Shown one piece after another: positions 57,844 through 64,000 of a stretch of DNA of 64,000 bases (its first letter is position 1; the number at the start of each line of letters is the position of its first letter). Location: NCBI GenBank assembly GCA_032718475.1, contig JAUCBJ010000412.1, positions 1 through 64,000 on the forward strand. Direction: 5' to 3'. The stretch is from Nemertoderma westbladi. Its lineage: Eukaryota; Animalia; Xenacoelomorpha. The notes under the pieces are model-generated. The model was not told the DNA's origin and did not search any database. It worked only from the letters and a program-made list of their open reading frames with translations. Made by a program: the position numbers and the translations under genes.

Positions 57844-60800
57844 TTTAGTGTAGCCCCTATAATTTTATCACCAGCATTTTATTTCCTTTAAAGAAGAAGC
57901 GATGTGTTTATATATATATATTGTGACACACCAAGTTTCGTGGAGAGGGAAAGGCGGGTGTCCCATAACATTGTTTGCTTCAGTTTTTTCAAAAATCGAT
58001 TACCATACTTTTCTCGCTAGCTCAAATGATAACTATTATTATTTTTTCTAGTGACAATCAAAATTGTATCGCTCCGCTTATCTTTAAAAATATTCACGAC
58101 ATGGAATATATATATTGCTTTCAGTGTTAGTGATAGTGGGTAACAGTGGTGTTTGGGACACCCTGTGACCCTGGTTATATTGGATGGGAATACCGTATAG
58201 TACATATTTATTCGGTTTCAGCTTTGTATTTGCTTTGCTTTGAGTTAGAAAATTAAAAGCAATATTTATCAATTATTTAAAAAAAATATTACATTTTGCA
58301 TGTTTCCACGTTTAATTCAACTTTATTTCCAAATTCGAATTCGAACCTTATTATTGTGTAAGTTAAGTTTCCAGTGACTTCTATACTGAAGATTCGCAGT
58401 ATTTATTGTCATTTATTTCCCGATATCTTCCCTTCATAATATACTAATTTTTTCCCTTTGTAAAATGTGTCACCTTTGAATCCTATCGTTATCCGATCGG
58501 CCCGCTATGTCGCCGTCGGATTAAACTGTTTTCTGGAATGTTGGCCTATATCCATTCAATGTACCTTAGATTCCATACCGGATACATCTCTAGACGTTTG
58601 TCTAATTCCTCGAATTTAATATCGTTTCATATATCCTTAGGATTCTAATGATATAATATTAAGTGACTCGAATATTTTTATTGATTTGTTTTCCTCGACT
58701 ACTATTGATTGATGTAGAACGTTTTGTACCGATCGTCTTTGTAAAAGTCCAAATAAGTTAAAACTTTTATAAGAAAGATTTTATTATTATCACCTGACTA
58801 GAAGAGGCTATAACAACATTTTCAAATAATAATATAGTTAATAATAGTTTAATATTGTATTAGGCTTATAATTTTGTTTCATCATTAGTGGCATCTATTT
58901 AGTCTAATTTTAATGATTGATATTTGGAAATAAATTTCTACTTGAAGCCGAATTAATCTTGACAATGAAGATTCATTAATCATAATTCATCATTATCATC
59001 ATAAGTTAATCATTTTTCTACATAAAACAACGGCATGTCGTTAGTAGTAACGTTTGTCTACTCAGCTATAACTTATGATTTCATTATCTGAGCTATTATT
59101 ACAATTAATTACGTATTCGAGCCGCCGTAGAATGGAAACATTTAATCCATTATTACTGCGATTCTATTACGTTTTATTGATATCTTGCTGTGACTCACCG
59201 TCATATTGTATGGAGTTGATTACTCGAGAGGAAGTATTTCAGTTAATTTTAATCGGACATTGAACTTTTCTCTCCTACTCACGCTGATATTATCAGGCAG
59301 ACAATACAATACATTGGCATTGTGGCTATGGGTAGACTACACTTCAGTTGCATTGTGTGTGCAATGAGTGGTCTGTTGTCATTGGTTTCTCTATATGCAT
59401 GAAAATGTCAGGTGTCTGTCTATTATGTAATATAATGTTATAAGGTGCGTTAATAATAATCGGGAACCACAGTGATAGATTTCGTATAATGTATCAAAAT
59501 CTCGAATATTTTTAGATGATTACTTATTGGGAAGCCGCGTATCGTATACAATGGAAGTTGTTCGTTATCGGTACCCCGCGGGAGTTTCTTGATAATAATG
59601 TTTGGTTTCTTACTTCCTGTAATGCTGTTCTCCTTTAAGAAATTAGAGAAATATTTTCGTAAAATAGTTTGAATTTTTTAAAAACTTTTCTTTACTAAAC
59701 TTTAGTACTTTTGCCAGATTTCATACAAATATATTTCGATCCTCTAATCCTAAAGGAACAAGACAGAGGTCTTAGTTCTCAATATTTTTCATACATTGTG
59801 TAGAAGGCCAGCTCAATATTTATTGCCTAGCTGATAATTATTAATTAACTCACATTCTAAATATCCCTAATAGACTAATTTAAACTGCGATTTCTCGATA
59901 TAAATTTTATCTTTATGTAGTAATCACTTACACAAGTTCGAACTTACCTTGAGTTGTACCATCCCGAACCTGTTGTGCAATATGTCAATGATGGATCACC
60001 CACTCTTGTTTTGAACTTGTCTATAATCCCAAACTAATGGTCTCAACATCGAATGAGCTAATGATCCAAACCCACATATCACAATTTCATTTTTGTTCTA
60101 TTAGTGACAAAATAATACCAACTGATATTAAGTTTAAGTTTTAAACCACTTTCAACGGCATAAATATTTATCAGAATAACAAAGGGACATTTTTTATGAT
60201 TTTGACACTTTTCTAAAGTACACTGCTATTTATTGGAGGTTCTCATTTTCGATAAATTGCTACAACCTACTAAAAATACTGAGAGCAATTATGCAAATTT
60301 CAGGTTATATGTATTTGAGCAGGGTTAATTCGTTAGTCGCTTTGCTTCAATTTATTGAATTATTTTTGGTTACTTTTGCTGTTTTGGCATGGTGTTAATA
60401 AATTTGTTGGGAATTCAGTTTTTGCTGAATGCGTTTTTCTGGTAAATTTTTTGTAAATGGTAGCCTAGCAACCCCTACGTATAGGTGCTGGTTATAAATC
60501 AATCAACTCATCTATTTAAATATAATTATTCCATTAGTTTATCCATTGTTATCATCTCTAGCTTGTCTTTCCATGCCATTATTATATACTTAATCCTTAA
60601 ATTATTTTAATTATTTTACCATTACCATAATAATTGCCTATTAATATTTAGTCATGTGATGAATACGGGTGCTTCGATTTATCCCCATGTGCTTTTCGTT
60701 TGTTTTTTTTGTTTGCGTCTACCTATAGAATACGGTATATTGTTGTTATTTATCTTGTATTTGTAAACAATTAATGTTTAGTTGTATTTTTAATTGTGTC

Positions 60801-62320
60801 AATCTGCATTAAATGCATTAAACACTGGGGCGTAGTGCTGTATAAATAATTTGTTAATTGTCGCATGGGTTACGTAACGTAGCACGTTGCACTATTGCAT
60901 CGTTTTAGTTCTGTAACTATATTTACAACATTGTCTGAAAAGTAGCACTTTTCATCGTTATGACCCGAATGTATATTTTAGTTTTACATAAATAAACAAG
61001 GTTCATATAGGCTGAATAGTGCAGTGCCCTTTTCATGTACGTAATTTGTTACATTGTATCAACTTATCGCGGTTCTGAATGCCTAAACTTATTAAACTCT
61101 CTAATATTGAGATGTTAAGGAATATTGACTAAGTTCTTATTCAGTTATTCAACCAATTGTAGTTACTACTACAGCAACTGTTCGCTAAACGATCTATCTT
61201 ACACTTTTCATACAATTGCCTATCATCCTCTTTGAGCAATGGAGAATACTCAAGACATGTTCTAGTCGTTTCTAAGTTATGGGTGGTTAATGTACAGCCT
61301 TCCCTTCCGACATATGCTGTAACGCTGCGAAAAGGTACTTTGCGGCGTTACGAGGGTATCACAGCGCTGATAAGGTGATATAATGTAACAAACGTTATGT
61401 ATTGGTTAAACTTGATCGTGTTAAACTTCGAACTAATTCTAATTAATATTATTAAAATTATAATAATATAGTATTAGTTTGCTTTATAAAAATATATTAA
61501 TTATACTTGGGGGGGGGGGGGGGGGGGGGGTCGTAAGTTAATTGGCGAAATTAATCTAATAAATAAGGAATTAAATTCATCTATAATTAGACATTGTTTT
61601 TAATTTGAAACAACAATATCATTATTTTATTCAAAAATTGAAACATTTATTTTCTCAGTCAGTTTCAACAGCGTCAAAATAAGTTTTACTTTTATATCCG
61701 CTCACACTTTTTTACGCTCACCCTGACACTATTACTTTAAGTGAACCAAGGTACCGGTACAACTGCTATTGTCAAATTTTATTTTCACATTCCTATATAA
61801 TATACTGTGCTGTTGTCGGTAGCAATCAGCATATCAAACATCAGTATACCTACCCCCAGTATTGGAGACGGGGGGGGGGGGGGGGGGGGGGGTTGGACCG
61901 AAAACCCGCCTTGGCGAATTAATATCCCGCCTCAATGTTAAATTTTCAATTTAGGGAAAGGAGCAGGTTACAGTGCCACGTTATTTTAACCAAAACAATA
62001 AACTAAGTACAATAGAAGAGGAAACAGTTTTATTTTTGAGAGTAATCAGCTGTTACTTGCGTCAAATTTCCCCTGGAGAGGGATGAATTTTTATTGCGTC
62101 CAGTTTCTATCCCCTATCTTCAGCCCCTATCTTCAGTATTGATGCATATATTCTTTCATTTGCACGGCATACGCCCCGGCAGGCTATAATTAAAACGGTC
62201 AATAATCAAAAAAATAAATCAATAAATCAGTAAATCAATAAAACAATAAATCAATAAAAGTCAGGTCACTCAAAGACACCATGGTGATAGTTAGCTCTGT
62301 GTGTACCTAGTCATGAGTTA

Positions 62321-63010
62321 TTATTGTGTGGTTGATTTTTCGATTCCATAAAAATCAAGGATACATTCATGCCTTACGTGGTTTTCTGAGTTGATGTTGT
62401 TTAGGATACTATTTAAAAACAGCGCATTGAAAATGTCCTTATATTTGGCTGTTGGCTTGTTGCGTTCTTTCGCATTCCTTATGGTATGTTTGGTGCTGTA
62501 GGATGCCGTTACTAGGCTGGTTATGCATGGTAGTCCGTAAATCCACGACGCAGCGTTGTAGTCATCAAATAGGGGGTCTTTATATATATTAAGGCTATGC
62601 TGCGCTAGAAGCCAGGCGAAGAGGTATATTATTTTTGGATTGCGAGAGTTGAAAGCACTGTATATGATCCTACATTTGTTGTATGCCACTAGGGATGATA
62701 GGGTTTCTTGTCCTAGGAGAAGGTACAGGGTATTGTTGGATACGTAATTTTTGACACCTAATATTGATCTCATAGCCTTTCGAAAAAGGACTTCAAAATC
62801 GTTGGTGATAGCATCCGTGTAGTTTGCTGTTCCATATAGGATTGATGGGGTGCAAATGGTTTTCCATATGGTCTTTGTAACTATCAGGGGCACATCAGAA
62901 GTTGATAACCCCCGGTTCTTTAATCGCGCCACATTCCACCAGCACCTTTTGACGAAGTTGTCTTTTAGGCTGTCTTGAGTTAAGGGGAAGGGCAGTCCTA
63001 GGTATCGACA
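62321..63010 (-). pseudogene. 3' fragment of a non-LTR retrotransposon ORF
   Basis: The - strand starts RYLGLP (YLG motif at the end of RT) and continues TIWKTICTPSILYG..FRKAMRSILGV, typical of the region after RT in LINE ORF2. Confidence 0.7.
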
Positions 63011-64000
63011 ACTATAGTGTTAATATTAGTATTATAGTAGTATTCATAGTATTAATGTGGTAGTATTAATATATATATGTATGATATATCTATATTTATA
63101 TTAATTTTTTAATTTATATTATATTAAACAATGCCATCGGAAAGTCTTTGAATAAAATTAAATATATATATATCACGTTGGTCATGTTGATACGTTTATA
63201 GGAAAACAGTACTCGTTTACTTTAGTTACATCGCTGCGCTCGGCAGGTATTCCGACTCGTACTGTTTTCATATAAAGTGCTACTTTTATCAACGTGATAA
63301 AATTAGTTATTTTCGAAACCTCTGCCTTGAGATGAGATGAGAGTGTTGCCTTGATTCCGTAGGCGGCTATCATATATTTTATTTTATGTTTAAAACAGAC
63401 AAGTTATGCCTGTGAAACAAATCAATATGAATATCAACAAAATATATCCATATAGGTAGGTACCGGTACTATACTATACGTAAGTTAAATGGGATATTAA
63501 AGTCGTGTTGGGCTAAGAAAAACACAATTATTGAATATAACATATAAATATAGTTACAATATAAATTTATATCCCCAGTAGACAATTTGCACAGATTGCA
63601 ACCTTGAACCGACAACTGTATTATGAATGAACATCTAATAAATTATCTGTACTTGGAATTATTAAAAATAAACCTAGCGCATTAGCTTTTATATGTACGA
63701 AACAAGGTAACCAAGTAATATTGACACGCGTTTATAAGCTACCGTTAGCCGCCTGTTATAAACCAATTAGAATAATTAATTCATACGTGACCAAAGGACA
63801 TTACAGTAAGAGTAAAGTGAAGTTATAAGTTATGAAAGCACGAAATAATATACATTTTACACTACTGAACAATGTGAAAATTTTATGAATTTCCCCGAGC
63901 ATAAACACTAATAGTGTCATTACAGTGCACTGGCAAAATAGTACTTTTGTTTTCTTGAGGTTAAAAATTATACCTTGTCTGTAAACGTAGTAAACCTATT

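Noticed and set aside
58300-61500. AT-rich stretch searched for genes or RNA genes
   Set aside because: Only short ORFs without motifs; no tRNA, rRNA or snRNA pattern recognised.
24168-61892. Several long poly-G/poly-C runs
   Set aside because: Mostly parts of repeat elements; homopolymer lengths are unreliable and no function can be supported.

Overview
Repeat-dense window from an animal (probably invertebrate) genome; the species cannot be told from the sequence. It holds three host genes: an intronless MFS sugar-porter transporter, an intronless class II fumarase, and a two-exon EH-domain ATPase (EHD). They sit among a ~10 kb 25-bp satellite, nested TIR elements, LINE and Penelope-like relics, and one very large, very young BEL/Pao LTR retrotransposon (26679-45672, 18,994 bp, 2,211-bp near-identical LTRs, AATTT target-site duplication). 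The most interesting feature is in this element: where env would be, one 1,214-codon frame (39260-42904), broken only by three in-frame TGA codons, encodes a DEDDy/WRN-type 3'-5' exonuclease-like domain followed by three CCHC zinc knuckles. The element also carries about seven copies of an 18-nt self-complementary motif in different reading frames and has no obvious tRNA primer-binding site. A second oddity is a Mutator-like element (9-bp TSD) enclosing the integrase and 3' LTR of another BEL/Pao family. All domain calls are from motifs recognised by eye; no database searches were run.
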